From NCBI GenBank assembly GCA_965222575.1, contig OZ244958.1, positions 1,056,001-1,120,000 on the forward strand: a DNA stretch of 64,000 nt, written 5' to 3'. Below the pieces are notes generated by a model that did not search any database, was not told where the DNA came from, and worked only from the letters and a program-made list of their open reading frames with translations. The DNA comes from Alphaproteobacteria bacterium. GTDB lineage: Bacteria; Pseudomonadota; Alphaproteobacteria; G965222575. Positions 19,906-30,546 of this stretch are shown one piece after another. The position numbers were made by a program, and so were the translations under genes. Numbering within the stretch: the first letter of the stretch is position 1; each line of letters starts with the position of its first letter.

Positions 19906-20490
19906 GTCTTCTTTCATACTATTGACCACATGAGCAAGGTTAGCGTTCATTTCTAAAAACTTGTCTTCAAAGGCTTTACGACTAGTGATGCTAAGAGAGA
20001 GGGATTCGAAGGCTAAATCGATAATACGCCACTGGTTGTTTTTTGATTCTACGAGAAAGGTAAAGGCATAGGAGACATCCTCATGGTGGAAGGTTGTGTA
20101 GACGGCATAGCGATTTTTTATGGGCTCTTTTCCATCAAGAGTGAAGGTGCCTTTTTGCAGGTATTTCATGTATTGTCCTAGAGTATTAGAGATGTAGAAA
20201 GGTAAAATGTCTGAGAAGGCTTCTATATCGGCAGGCGGTATGCGGCGGCGGTATTTTCCTAAGATGAAGTTTTTGATAGTTTCCATATCGAAGTATGTTG
20301 TGAGAAGGGGTGAAATGACTTCTTTTAGCTGTATGGCGTTGGCTTCTAGGGAAAGATTGTTAGAGACTGCTATGATATCGTCAAGAAGATGTTGGACTAG
20401 CGTTTCGGGTGTCTGTTGGTTTTCTGTTGCCTGCACTGATGAGAGCCATGACACTAGGATGAGAGATAGGGTAGTGATAAGAGTTTTCAT
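19891..20490 (-). CDS. MlaC/Ttg2D-like periplasmic phospholipid-binding protein
   Basis: Signal peptide from the ATG at 20490; FDMETI..FILGKY.R; WRIIDL..E.LSL...R..F. Confidence 0.8.
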   Translation of the reverse strand: MKTLITTLSLILVSWLSSVQATENQQTPETLVQHLLDDIIAVSNNLSLEANAIQLKEVISPLLTTYFDMETIKNFILGKYRRRIPPADIEAFSDILPFYISNTLGQYMKYLQKGTFTLDGKEPIKNRYAVYTTFHHEDVSYAFTFLVESKNNQWRIIDLAFESLSLSITSRKAFEDKFLEMNANLAHVVNSMKEDLQLP

Positions 20491-20588
20491 AGGAATGAAA
20501 GGTATTTTTAGAGAAATTTTATAGGATTTGAGGGAGAAGTACAACAAGGAAGAAATGTCTTGTTAGAGAGAAAAAATGTAAAGAGGGC

Positions 20589-20616
20589 ATTGTAATTAAA
20601 TTTTTTGTTCTTATTT
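20589..20616 (+). promoter_or_regulatory. Candidate RpoH (sigma32) promoter of dnaK
   Basis: ATTG-N17-CTTATTT, one mismatch to the alphaproteobacterial CTTG-N17-CYTATNT consensus, about 50 nt upstream of dnaK. Confidence 0.55.
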
Positions 20617-20668
20617 AAGACATAGAGAGGGACAATCAGATGATATAAGAATGAAAGGATAAAATAAA

Positions 20669-22609
20669 ATGAGTAAGATTATAGGCATTGATTTAGGAAC
20701 GACGAATTCTTGTGTTGCGGTCATGGAGGGTGGAAAGCCTAAGGTCATTGAGAATGCTGAGGGGCATCGGACGACTCCATCGGTAGTTGCGTTTACTGGT
20801 AGTAAGGAGCGTCTTGTTGGCACGCCTGCTAAGAGGCAAGCTGTTACGAATCCTAAGAACACGCTGTTTGCGATTAAGCGGTTAGTTGGTCGGCGTTTTA
20901 AGGATAAGGAGGTGAAAGTTCTGAGGGGTCTTGTTTCTTATGATATTGTTGAATCTGAGGGAGGGGATGCTTGGGTAAAGGTTGAGGGGAAAGATTCCAT
21001 GGCGCCTTCTCAAGTTTCTGCTGATATTTTACAGAAGATGAAGGAGACAGCGGAGTCGTATTTAGGGGAGAAAGTACAAAAAGCTGTGGTGACGGTTCCT
21101 GCTTATTTTAATGATGCGCAAAGGCAAGCGACGAAGGATGCGGGTCGTATTGCGGGTCTTACGGTGGAGAGGATTATTAATGAGCCAACGGCGGCGGCGT
21201 TAGCTTATGGGATGGACAAGAAGGGAGGCAAGATTGTTGCTGTGTATGACTTAGGGGGAGGGACCTTTGATGTTTCGTTATTGGAGCTTGGGGAGGGAGT
21301 ATTTGAGGTACGTGCTACCAATGGGGACACGCACCTTGGAGGGGAAGATTTTGATATGGTTTTGGTGAATGATATCGCTGATGAGTTTAAGAAAGAGCAA
21401 GGGATAGATTTAAGGTGTGATCCGACATCGCTTCAACGTCTGAGGGAGGCGTCTGAGAAGGCTAAGATTGAACTATCTTCGGTTCAGGAGACACAGATTA
21501 ATTTGCCTTTTATTACGGCTGATGCTTCTGGCCCTAAGCATTTAACGAAGACGTTCACGCGGTCGAAACTTGAGTCCTTAGCGGAGGATTTGATGAAGCG
21601 GACGTTGAAACCTTGTAAGCAAGTGTTAAAAGATGCGGCAATAGAGGCTTCTAAGGTAGATGAAATCATTATGGTAGGGGGAATGTCTAGAATGCCGAAG
21701 ATACTGGAAACGGTTGAGAAGTTCTTTGGGAAAAAGCCTCATCAAGGGGTAAATCCTGATGAAGTTGTTGCCATTGGTGCTTGTGTACAGGCGGGCATAT
21801 TACAAGGGGATGTGAAGGATGTGTTATTGTTGGATGTCACGCCTTTATCGTTAGGCATTGAGACCAAGGGTGGTGTTTTCACTCGTTTAATTGAGAAGAA
21901 TACGACTATTCCGACGAAGAATAGCCAAGTATTTTCCACGGCCCAAGATGGTCAGACGGCGGTGACTATTCAGGTTTATCAGGGGGAGAGAGAGATGGCT
22001 AAGGATAATAGGTCTTTGGGACGATTTGATTTGGTAGGGATTCCGCCTGCACCTATGGGTGTGCCACAGATTGAGGTGACGTTTGATATTGACGCTAATG
22101 GCATTGTTCATGTGTCTGCTAAGGATAAAGGGACGAATAAGGAGCAATCGATTCGTATTGAGTCTTCTGGGGGGTTGAAGGAAGAAGAAATTGAGCAGAT
22201 GGTGAAGGAAGCTAAGAAGAATTCAGAAGTTGATAAGAAGAAGCGTAAGAGAGTAGAAGTCCGTAATTCTGCGGAGAGTCTGATTAATAGCACGAGGACA
22301 TCGCTGGAGGAGCTTGGAGATAAGGCAGATAAAGCCATTAAGAAGGAAGTTGAGGCGGATATTAAGGGGCTTGAAAAGGCCATGGAAGGGGAGGAGGAGG
22401 AGGCTTTGGAGAAGGCTTTGAAAGCCTTGACGGCTTCTTCTTTGAAGATTGGGAAAGCTCTTTATGAGCAGCAACAACAACAGGCGGCTTCCTCTGAGAA
22501 GAAGAAAGAGAAAAAGAAGGACGAGAAAGAGAAAGTTGTCGATGCTGAATATGAGGATGTGAAAGATAACAGCGGGAAATCAGATAGTAAAAATAAGAAA
22601 GCCTCTTAG
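20669..22609 (+). CDS. dnaK: Chaperone DnaK
   Basis: [29 protein letters not shown] and DLGGGTFD motifs. Confidence 0.99.
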   Translation: MSKIIGIDLGTTNSCVAVMEGGKPKVIENAEGHRTTPSVVAFTGSKERLVGTPAKRQAVTNPKNTLFAIKRLVGRRFKDKEVKVLRGLVSYDIVESEGGDAWVKVEGKDSMAPSQVSADILQKMKETAESYLGEKVQKAVVTVPAYFNDAQRQATKDAGRIAGLTVERIINEPTAAALAYGMDKKGGKIVAVYDLGGGTFDVSLLELGEGVFEVRATNGDTHLGGEDFDMVLVNDIADEFKKEQGIDLRCDPTSLQRLREASEKAKIELSSVQETQINLPFITADASGPKHLTKTFTRSKLESLAEDLMKRTLKPCKQVLKDAAIEASKVDEIIMVGGMSRMPKILETVEKFFGKKPHQGVNPDEVVAIGACVQAGILQGDVKDVLLLDVTPLSLGIETKGGVFTRLIEKNTTIPTKNSQVFSTAQDGQTAVTIQVYQGEREMAKDNRSLGRFDLVGIPPAPMGVPQIEVTFDIDANGIVHVSAKDKGTNKEQSIRIESSGGLKEEEIEQMVKEAKKNSEVDKKKRKRVEVRNSAESLINSTRTSLEELGDKADKAIKKEVEADIKGLEKAMEGEEEEALEKALKALTASSLKIGKALYEQQQQQAASSEKKKEKKKDEKEKVVDAEYEDVKDNSGKSDSKNKKAS

Positions 22610-22619
22610 GTAAAGTTTT

Positions 22620-23663
22620 TTGTCACAGGATTATTATGATCTTTTAGGTGTCGACCGTGATGCCGATGAAGCTACTCTTAAGAGGGCTTATCGCAAGTCG
22701 GTGATGGACTGCCATCCTGATAGGAATCCTGGTGATAAGGAGGCGGAGGAAAAATTCAAGAGTCTCTCTAAGGCTTATGATACCTTAAGGAATCCGCAAA
22801 GCCGTAAAATATACGATAGCCATGGTGAAGAAGGTCTCGAAGGCGGGGGTCATTCTTTTTTTTCAGATATTTTTGGAGAGCAAGGGTTCAGAAGTTCTTT
22901 TAGCACCTCCGGGTTTTCTGGGTTTGGTAGTCTTTTTAGGAATATTTTTACCGGAGGGCGTTCTTCTAGGCGGGAAGATGTTCACTATTCCGTAGAGATA
23001 TCTTTAGAGGAGTCTTATTTAGGGAAGAGTTTAGATATTCCTGTGAAGAGTAGAGAGGGGTGTGTGGGGTGCGGTGGGGAAGGGGTGCGTCATGAGAGGG
23101 ATAAAGTTCCTTGTGAAGCCTGTGGGGGTCGTGGTGTTCAGAGACTGTCTTCTGGTAATTTTATGTTATTGGAACAGACGTGTTCTTCTTGTCAAGGGAA
23201 GGGGTGGCGTATTAAGAATCCTTGTGGACAATGTCATGGTGCAGGATATACAGAAAAGACAAGTTCTGTTCATGTACAGATTCCCCCCGGTATTCTCAAT
23301 GGGACTCATCTGAAACTCCCTTATCAAGAGGAAGCGTCTGATGGTCATTTTTATCTTTCAGTGACGGTCTTGCCCCACGATTTTTTTCAAACGAATGAGA
23401 CTCATTTATATTGTACCGTTACGATTCCCTTCTCAAAGGCTATTTTGGGGGGAGAAGTCTCCTTTCCTTACCTCAACGGTGACACATTAAAGATAAAAGT
23501 GCCACCGGGTACCCAGCCTATGCAAAAGATTCGGTTAAAAAGAAGAGGTCTCCCTATTATAGGAAGTGGCGGTCGATTTGGAGATTTATATGTAACCCTT
23601 GAAGTTGTTTTGCCTAAAACCCTTACCCCTAAGCAAAAGGAAGCGTTGGAGATATTCCAATAA
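22620..23663 (+). CDS. dnaJ: Chaperone DnaJ
   Basis: J domain with HPD, G/F region, four CxxCxGxG repeats; TTG start; short C-terminus. Confidence 0.94.
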   Translation: MSQDYYDLLGVDRDADEATLKRAYRKSVMDCHPDRNPGDKEAEEKFKSLSKAYDTLRNPQSRKIYDSHGEEGLEGGGHSFFSDIFGEQGFRSSFSTSGFSGFGSLFRNIFTGGRSSRREDVHYSVEISLEESYLGKSLDIPVKSREGCVGCGGEGVRHERDKVPCEACGGRGVQRLSSGNFMLLEQTCSSCQGKGWRIKNPCGQCHGAGYTEKTSSVHVQIPPGILNGTHLKLPYQEEASDGHFYLSVTVLPHDFFQTNETHLYCTVTIPFSKAILGGEVSFPYLNGDTLKIKVPPGTQPMQKIRLKRRGLPIIGSGGRFGDLYVTLEVVLPKTLTPKQKEALEIFQ

Positions 23664-24447
23664 GGCCTTTAGGCCTTTTTTGTTTACCGTCTAAGAAAGC
23701 CTTTTCTAATGCGTGGGTTTTCTGTTCTATGCTTTCAGTCAGTCGGCGTTCGAACTCTTCTCTGGGTAAGCCGGGGAGAATAGGAGGTAGCAGGGCAACG
23801 GTGACGGTGATATCAACATTTCTCCTCCTTTTATAAGGCCAAAAGATTCCCGCATTAACCGCTGCCGGTAGTACAGGTACCTCTAATTTATGATACAAAG
23901 CCCAAATGCCACTTTTGTAATTTTCTCTTTCTCCTGGCAATGTTCTTTTTCCTTGGGGAAAAATCACAACGCTACGTCCTTGGTCAAGCACTTTTTGAGA
24001 CGCTGATAAAAGTTTGCGCAAAGCCCCTCCCCCCCCTTTGCGATTCACACTAATAAGGCCAGCTCTTGTAATATAACTACTATATAGGGGCATATACTTC
24101 ATTTCTGATTTAAAAATTGCAGAGGGAGCTATAAGAATTCTATACCATAAAAACGCATCCCACACAGACTGATGCTTAGCCGCATAAATCATAGGTTGAG
24201 AGGGAATCTCTACCCCCTGTAGGACTTCCCGTAATCCCATGGTGTAATAGGCAAGCCACGCCACGCCATCACACCAGTAGCGCCCTAGCTTGAAAAAAAA
24301 GAATTCCGATTTCCAAAAAGTAGACAGCACATAAATAGGAAGCCAAAGAAGATAACAAACACTTGTCCAAACGCCAAAAGAGACAAGGAAGATAAAATCT
24401 CGCAACCAAGGAGGAAGATAGGATATAAATCCTCTGCTTTTGTTCAC
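23629..24447 (-). CDS. plsC: 1-acyl-sn-glycerol-3-phosphate acyltransferase
   Basis: AKHQSVWD (HxxxxD) and VIFPQGKR motifs. Confidence 0.87.
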   Translation of the reverse strand: MNKSRGFISYLPPWLRDFIFLVSFGVWTSVCYLLWLPIYVLSTFWKSEFFFFKLGRYWCDGVAWLAYYTMGLREVLQGVEIPSQPMIYAAKHQSVWDAFLWYRILIAPSAIFKSEMKYMPLYSSYITRAGLISVNRKGGGGALRKLLSASQKVLDQGRSVVIFPQGKRTLPGERENYKSGIWALYHKLEVPVLPAAVNAGIFWPYKRRRNVDITVTVALLPPILPGLPREEFERRLTESIEQKTHALEKAFLDGKQKRPKGLIGISPTLPFA

Positions 24448-24578
24448 AAAGACTCCTTTCTATCAAGAATAGCAAATCCCCTGAAAGTTTCAAGATATAG
24501 CAAAAATACCTATGTTAAAAATCCGCAACTATCAATCCCTCTTCTTATCTAAAGAATCCCGTAACCGAGAGAGAGAGA

Positions 24579-24896
24579 TTAAATATGTTGCTCTATCCAC
24601 TTGATAATTTTTTGCTTAGGTATCAAGCCGACTTGTTTAGCAGCCTCTTTGCCATCCTTAAAAAGCAAAAGTGTAGGAACGCCTCGTATTCCATACTCCT
24701 TAGCAATTTTAGGATTGTCATCAACATTGAGGTTTGCGATTTTAATGTCTAAGGAGCCACTTTTTTCAATTTCATCCAAAATAGGAGCAAGTGATTTACA
24801 GGGGGCACACCATTCAGCCCAAAAATCCACCAACACAGAGGTAGAAGCCTTTAGAACCTCTTTTTCAAAGGTTTTATCTGTTACAGCACAGGACAT
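24579..24896 (-). CDS. trxA: Thioredoxin
   Basis: VDFWAEWCAPCK, GIRGVPTL. Confidence 0.96.
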   Translation of the reverse strand: MSCAVTDKTFEKEVLKASTSVLVDFWAEWCAPCKSLAPILDEIEKSGSLDIKIANLNVDDNPKIAKEYGIRGVPTLLLFKDGKEAAKQVGLIPKQKIIKWIEQHI

Positions 24897-25027
24897 ATTT
24901 CCCTTTTGATAAGTTGTTGCAGGAGAAATTTTTCACTCATAAGGTATTAACATGTATAATTAGGAAACAGTGTGAAAGATTGTATAGAGAATCCCTAAAG
25001 ATTGTCAATGAAAAAATTCCCGTTCTT

Positions 25028-26108
25028 ATGAGTAAAGACCCTAGAAGGCAAGTGAGAAAGAGGCTAGAAGAGAGAAAAAAAATTGCTATCTTGGGTGCAG
25101 GAAGCATAGGATGCAGTTTCGCCTCTCTGTCTTTGTCTAAAGGTCATGAGGTCTTATTACATCCGACGCCTTTCGATAAAGAGATTGTACAGATGATGCG
25201 TGACAAAAAGCCTCACCCTGTTTTGGGAATTTCTTTTTCAGAAGCCATAGAGACAGGCCAGTTAAAAATCTCTTATGATGAACTAGCTATTAAAGATAGT
25301 ACTTTGATATGTATAGGAGTAAGTAGCACAGGTATTTTGTGGTCTATAGGGGTATTAGAGAGAATATTTGCTCAAGTATGTGTACCTGTTTTGTTGTTAA
25401 CGAAGGGGTTAAAGATAGAAGAAGAGAGGCTTTCTTTTTTTTATGAAGGGATAGAGAAGAGGGGATTTTCTGTAGTTGTTGCGGCGGGGCCTTGTATTGC
25501 GAGGGAGTTAGCGCAGCATCGGCTAACGCATGTAGTATTTGCGGGAGAAAAGGCAGAGATTTGCAGGAAGATTTTTGAGACGGCGTTTTTTTCTGTTGAT
25601 GTGAGCGATGATTTGGCTGGGGTTTCTTTGTGTGCGGCACTTAAGAACATTTATGCTATTGGTATTAGTGCGGCTTTGGGGACTGGCGGGAAGGGCACTG
25701 ATGGAGGTGCACTAGTGTGCTGGCACTAGTGCCGGTTCGGTGTTGCCTAATGTAGCGGCGGCGTTTTTTGCGCGTAGTTTAGAGGAGATGGGATATCTTT
25801 GTGAACAGGTGGGTGGGAAGAGAGAAACGGCTCTTGGCGGGGGCGGGAGCGGGGATTTATTTGTGACAGTTCTTGCGGGAAGAAATGGACGTTTGGGACA
25901 GCTTTGGGGAGGGGGGAAAGCCCCTAGTGTTGCTCTTTCAGAGATGAAGACAACTGTGGAAGGTTATCATTTGGCGCAAAAACTTGCTTCTCCGTTGCGT
26001 ACTTATCTTTCTAGCAAGCAGTGGAAAGCGGAAAAGGTGTCTCTTTTAGTCTCACTTGTGGAGGGTCTTGTGAAGGATAAGTCTTTTGATTTTTCCTATC
26101 TTAAGTAA
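25028..26108 (+). pseudogene. gpsA: NAD(P)H-dependent glycerol-3-phosphate dehydrogenase, +1 frameshift at 25713-25729
   Basis: ILGAGSIG, LTKG, GPCIAREL and ALKNIYAI in the first frame; GSGDLFVT..GRN..LG and TVEG in the second. Confidence 0.8.
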
Positions 26109-26154
26109 ATAATGGAGAAAAACAGAAAGTGTTAGGCGTGATATCTTGTGGGTG

Positions 26155-27633
26155 TTAGTAGGATTTTGCGAAAATTGCTGTGGTAGTGGTCGATTGTCCT
26201 GTAAGGATACAGGCTTGTGTTTTCTTTTCTTGTTTGAGGGGGAGGCAACGTATTGTAATGCCGAGGTCTTGTAGGCGTGTATCTTGTGTTTGTGCAGGTT
26301 TGTAAGGAGCTTCTACAAATCCGGGTATTTTGGAAGTGAAGAGGGCTTTTAGGTCTTCAAAGTGTTGGCATTTTGTGATTTTTTGGTATTTTTTGGCTTG
26401 TTTGAAGTATTGGCTTTGAATATTGTTCAGGAGAGTTTCAATGGTTTTGGGGGCTTCTTTTAGGGGAAGAGAGAGGGGTTTCATTTCTTGAGGGCGTGGG
26501 GAGACAAAGAGGGAATGGGTGTCTTGTTCTTTTGGCCCTATTTCTATGATGAGGGGGACGCCTTTTTTTATCCAAGCCCATTTTTTGTGGGAGAAGGGAG
26601 TATCTTTGGTATCTATTTTTATGTTGATGGGGTTTCCTTGAAAGGAAGCGGTTTGCAGACTTTGGCGGACTGTGTGAGCAAAATTCAAAAGGGTGTGGTG
26701 GTTTTGTTCTTTTAGGTGGGGAATGATAACGGCATGTAGGGGTGTGATAGAGGGAGGGATTTTGAGTCCATCATCATCACCATGTGTCATAATGAGTCCG
26801 CCTATTAAGCGTGTAGAGACTCCCCAAGAGGTGGTAAAGGGGTGTTGTTGCTGTCCTTTTTTGTTAGAGAACAGGATATTAGCGGCTTTGGAAAAATTTT
26901 GTCCAAGGTGATGAGAAGTTCCTGCTTGTAGGGCTTTTCCATCTTGCATTTGGGCTTCAACGCAATAAGTTTCTTGAGCGCCCGGAAATCTATCATAAGG
27001 AGGTTTTGTTCCTATGAAGACAGGCATACACAAGGTTTGTTGGAGGAATTGTGCATACATGTGAATCATATCTGTGGTTTCTGCTAGGGCTTCTTCGGCT
27101 GTTGCGAAGGCGCTATGACCTTCCTGCCAGAGGAATTCAGAGGTTCTGAGAAAGACTCGAGGTCGCATTTCCCATCTTACCACGTTACACCATTGATTGA
27201 TTTTCATAGGGAGGTCTCTATAGGATGTAATCCATTTTGCGAAAGAATGTCCTATGACGGTTTCTGAGGTGGGTCGGACGACGACGGGTTCTGGTAGGGG
27301 TGAAGAGGGTACGAGGCGTCCTTTTTCAGTTTTGAGTCGGTGGTGGGTTACCACTGCCATTTCTTTAGCGAAGCCCTTGATATGTTGTGCTTCTTCAGCA
27401 ATATAACGCAGTGGCACAAAGAGGGGGAAATAGGCGTTTTCAGAACCTCTAGCTTTAATTTCTTTATCCAAAATTGCCACCATTTTTTCCCATAAGCTGT
27501 AGCCCCAAGGTTTAATGACCATGCACCCTCGTACATGCGCCATTTCTGCTAGCTCTGCCTCCTGTACGAGGCGCTGATACCATTTTGAGAAATTCTCTTG
27601 TCGTGTAGGGGTAATGGCTTTCTTGTGAGACAA
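26155..27633 (-). CDS. proS: Proline--tRNA ligase, archaeal/eukaryotic-like type
   Basis: VRGCMVIKPWGY, RPTSET, FLRTSEFLWQEGH, QAGTSHHLGQNF, SWGVSTR; ends FAKSY. Confidence 0.96.
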   Translation of the reverse strand: MSHKKAITPTRQENFSKWYQRLVQEAELAEMAHVRGCMVIKPWGYSLWEKMVAILDKEIKARGSENAYFPLFVPLRYIAEEAQHIKGFAKEMAVVTHHRLKTEKGRLVPSSPLPEPVVVRPTSETVIGHSFAKWITSYRDLPMKINQWCNVVRWEMRPRVFLRTSEFLWQEGHSAFATAEEALAETTDMIHMYAQFLQQTLCMPVFIGTKPPYDRFPGAQETYCVEAQMQDGKALQAGTSHHLGQNFSKAANILFSNKKGQQQHPFTTSWGVSTRLIGGLIMTHGDDDGLKIPPSITPLHAVIIPHLKEQNHHTLLNFAHTVRQSLQTASFQGNPINIKIDTKDTPFSHKKWAWIKKGVPLIIEIGPKEQDTHSLFVSPRPQEMKPLSLPLKEAPKTIETLLNNIQSQYFKQAKKYQKITKCQHFEDLKALFTSKIPGFVEAPYKPAQTQDTRLQDLGITIRCLPLKQEKKTQACILTGQSTTTTAIFAKSY

Positions 27634-27637
27634 AATT

Positions 27638-29038
27638 CTATTGGTATGTTGTTTTCAGAAAGGTGAACAAGGCCCTCAGAGACATGACTTCTCCTCCCTT
27701 AGGGCGTCCCGGTTTGGCTTTTAGGATGTATCCCATTGTGTCTAAGTGAATCCATTGTTTCGTTGTCCCAATGAATTCTTGTAGGAATAAAGCTGCTGTA
27801 ATAGCGCCTCCATAAGGGGAAGGAGCAGAATTGACCAGATCGGCTATGTGGCTTTTCAATTCTTCTTTATAAGGCGTAAAAAGGGGAAGGGGATGCAAAA
27901 AATCTTGGGTTTCGTTGCCGATTTTCACGAGGGCTTTTTCTATCTTTTGAGAAGGGGTAAACAGCGCAGACATTTCAGTGCCTACTGCTACACGCGCCGC
28001 ACCTGTTAAGGTGGCAAAATCACAAATCATATCGGGCTTATCTTCTTTAGCAGCCGTAAGCGCATCAGCTAAAATTAAGCGCCCTTCAGCGTCTGTGTGC
28101 GTATTTTCTACAGTTTTCCCCTCTCTAGTTTGTAGAATATCGCCGGGCTTAAAAGCCCCTTGGCCAATAGCATTTTCAGCACAAGGAATAATCACACGCA
28201 ATCGTATAGGGAGGTTGTGCTCCACCAGTGCATTTCCTAGTGCTAGAGCAATTGCTCCTCCTGCCATATCTTTTTTCATCAAGAGCATAAATTGCGTAGG
28301 CTTGAGGTTAAGCCCTCCTGTGTCAAAGGTAACGCCCTTACCGATGAGTGTGACTTTTTTGTGTTTGGGGTTTCCCCAAGAGATATCCACAACACAAGGA
28401 GGGGTCTTGCTGCCTCCGCCTACAGATTGGACCATAGGCCAGTGTTTTGTCAGCATTTCTTTTCCTTCATGCAGGTGATAAGTTGATTCTTTCCATTGTT
28501 TAGCAAGGCTCTTAGCAACTTTTGCAAACACTAAGGGAGGCAAGTCACAAGCAGGAAAATTGATAAGATGACGACCTAAAAAGAGACTTTTTGCTAAGGA
28601 TAAGACAGACCTCTTAGAGGTTGGCAAGAAGAGTTTCCCTTTAGTAGGAGGAGAAGAAGACTGATAAGTATCGAAGCGATAATGCCCTAATGCCCATCCT
28701 AACAAAAGATTTTCCATCTCATTTTCGGGGTAGGAGTCCTTAAGGTAATAGTTTTTATTTGGCAATTTTGGGGGCAAAGAAGAGAGCGTCCAGAGGGTGA
28801 GTTTTTCCTCTGTGCCTACTAAGACGCTTTGAAGCGTTCCTTGGTGATTTGGCACTAAGAGGTGGGTGTGGGGGTGTGCTTTGAAACCAGCGCTATGGGC
28901 GAGATTCGCCTCGAAAGGATGAGTTTTTTTGTAAGATTGCCACTGGTTTTTTGTCAGTAAGAGTAAAGGAACAGAGCGCGTGGAGGTAAAAAATGCCTGT
29001 ACATCAATAGATGCAATCAAGTCTACAGGATTTCTCAT
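27638..29038 (-). CDS. M17 leucyl aminopeptidase
   Basis: GKGVTFDTGG, MKKDMAG, TDAEGRL and ATLTGA motifs. Confidence 0.95.
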   Translation of the reverse strand: MRNPVDLIASIDVQAFFTSTRSVPLLLLTKNQWQSYKKTHPFEANLAHSAGFKAHPHTHLLVPNHQGTLQSVLVGTEEKLTLWTLSSLPPKLPNKNYYLKDSYPENEMENLLLGWALGHYRFDTYQSSSPPTKGKLFLPTSKRSVLSLAKSLFLGRHLINFPACDLPPLVFAKVAKSLAKQWKESTYHLHEGKEMLTKHWPMVQSVGGGSKTPPCVVDISWGNPKHKKVTLIGKGVTFDTGGLNLKPTQFMLLMKKDMAGGAIALALGNALVEHNLPIRLRVIIPCAENAIGQGAFKPGDILQTREGKTVENTHTDAEGRLILADALTAAKEDKPDMICDFATLTGAARVAVGTEMSALFTPSQKIEKALVKIGNETQDFLHPLPLFTPYKEELKSHIADLVNSAPSPYGGAITAALFLQEFIGTTKQWIHLDTMGYILKAKPGRPKGGEVMSLRALFTFLKTTYQ

Positions 29039-30210
29039 GAGCTTTTAGCAGCTTTTAAGGCGCAGTCTAGGTCTTGTATTAAGTCTTCTGTGTTTTCAAG
29101 CCCTATATGTACCCGCACGATTTTATCCGTGGGGTAAATTTTGCTGTTTCGCGATAAGGTGCCGGGAGCTACAAGACTTTCGTACCCCCCCCAAGAGTAT
29201 CCAATTAAGAAGATTTTCAGTGTATCAATAAAGGTCGTTCTGCACAGGCTCTCCTGTAAACAAATAGAAAAAATGCTGGAAGAGCCTGTAAAATATGTTT
29301 GCCATAAATCGTGGTAAGGGTCTGTTGGCAAAGGCGGGAAAAAGACCTCTTTGATATCTTTATGATTTTTAAGCCACTGTGCGATGATGAGCGCGTTTTT
29401 TTCGTGAGCTTGCATTCTGGAACTTAGCGTTCTGAGGCCTCTTAGGACGGTATAGGCCGTATCAGGAGATTGATGATGCCCCAACCTCCGCGAGGTAGCA
29501 CGCAATTTCAAATAGAGCTCTTTGTTGCTTGTTGTAGCAATACCTCCTATCACATCAGAGTGGCCGCAAACATATTTTGTCAAGGAATGAATACTGATAT
29601 CAATGCCGTGGTCGAGAGGTTTGAAAAATAAGGGCGTAGCCCATGTATTGTCTATCATGACAATAGAGCCGTTATCATGGGCGACTTTGACAATGGCGTT
29701 GATATCTAACATTTCAAAAGTGTAGGAAGAAGGGGATTCTAGAAAGACTAAAGAGGTATTGGGACGCAAAAGTTTGTGTATATCTTTAGCAGTTTGAGCG
29801 GAGAAAAATGTCGTCTCTATCTGAAGTTCTTTGAAGGTTGTCTCTACTGTTGTGCGTGTGGGAGGGTAAACAGCATTCATCATCAGAATATGGTCTTGAG
29901 ATTTCGCAAAGGCTAAAAGGCAAGAGACAACAGCCGCTAATCCGGAGGAATAAGAAAAGCTCTTATATCCATTTTCCAGCGTTGCGAAAGCCTTTTCCAT
30001 AGCGAAAGTGGTAGGATTTCCAATACGACCATACACACAAACAGGGTGACAATCATCATCCATTTTGTGTTTTCTTTTCAAGTCCGCACAGGAAGTGAAG
30101 GGTGTTGTAGCAGCCCTATAAAGGGGAGGATTTAAGGTGGGAAAATAGGATTCATCGGGAATTTTGGCTATCTCGTGGGTAAGATAGGATTTTTGATAGG
30201 GTTTCGCCAT
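29035..30210 (-). CDS. metC: Cystathionine beta-lyase
   Basis: YGRIGNPT, IDNTWAT, SLTKYVCGHSD (PLP lysine), GYSWGGYESL. Confidence 0.92.
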   Translation of the reverse strand: MAKPYQKSYLTHEIAKIPDESYFPTLNPPLYRAATTPFTSCADLKRKHKMDDDCHPVCVYGRIGNPTTFAMEKAFATLENGYKSFSYSSGLAAVVSCLLAFAKSQDHILMMNAVYPPTRTTVETTFKELQIETTFFSAQTAKDIHKLLRPNTSLVFLESPSSYTFEMLDINAIVKVAHDNGSIVMIDNTWATPLFFKPLDHGIDISIHSLTKYVCGHSDVIGGIATTSNKELYLKLRATSRRLGHHQSPDTAYTVLRGLRTLSSRMQAHEKNALIIAQWLKNHKDIKEVFFPPLPTDPYHDLWQTYFTGSSSIFSICLQESLCRTTFIDTLKIFLIGYSWGGYESLVAPGTLSRNSKIYPTDKIVRVHIGLENTEDLIQDLDCALKAAKSS

Positions 30211-30327
30211 GAAAATTACACTTGCATAAAGAACATTTCGATTTGTAGGACTATTCTTTGGTCTCCGATGATGCTATGATACAAAAATTATATAGGAGAT
30301 TGTTCATGGAAACAAGTTATGTTATAA

Positions 30328-30546
30328 ATGCCTAAAGGAGAAATGCTGGAGTTTGAGGGGATTGTCACAGAGCTTTTACCTAACGCTATGTTTCGTGTGA
30401 AGCTTGAGAACGGTCATAACATTTTAGCTCACACATCTGGAAGAATTAGAAGAAATCGCATTAGGATTTTAGTAGGGGATAAAGTCAAGGTGGAAATGAG
30501 TCCTTATGATTTAAGCAAGGGGCGCATTAACTATCGTTATAAGTAA
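30328..30546 (+). CDS. infA: Translation initiation factor IF-1
   Basis: [14 protein letters not shown]...[10 protein letters not shown]. Confidence 0.98.
   Translation: MPKGEMLEFEGIVTELLPNAMFRVKLENGHNILAHTSGRIRRNRIRILVGDKVKVEMSPYDLSKGRINYRYK

Noticed and set aside
22466-22486. Short poly-Gln run in the DnaK C-terminus
   Set aside because: Mixed CAG/CAA codons in a normally low-complexity tail; ordinary
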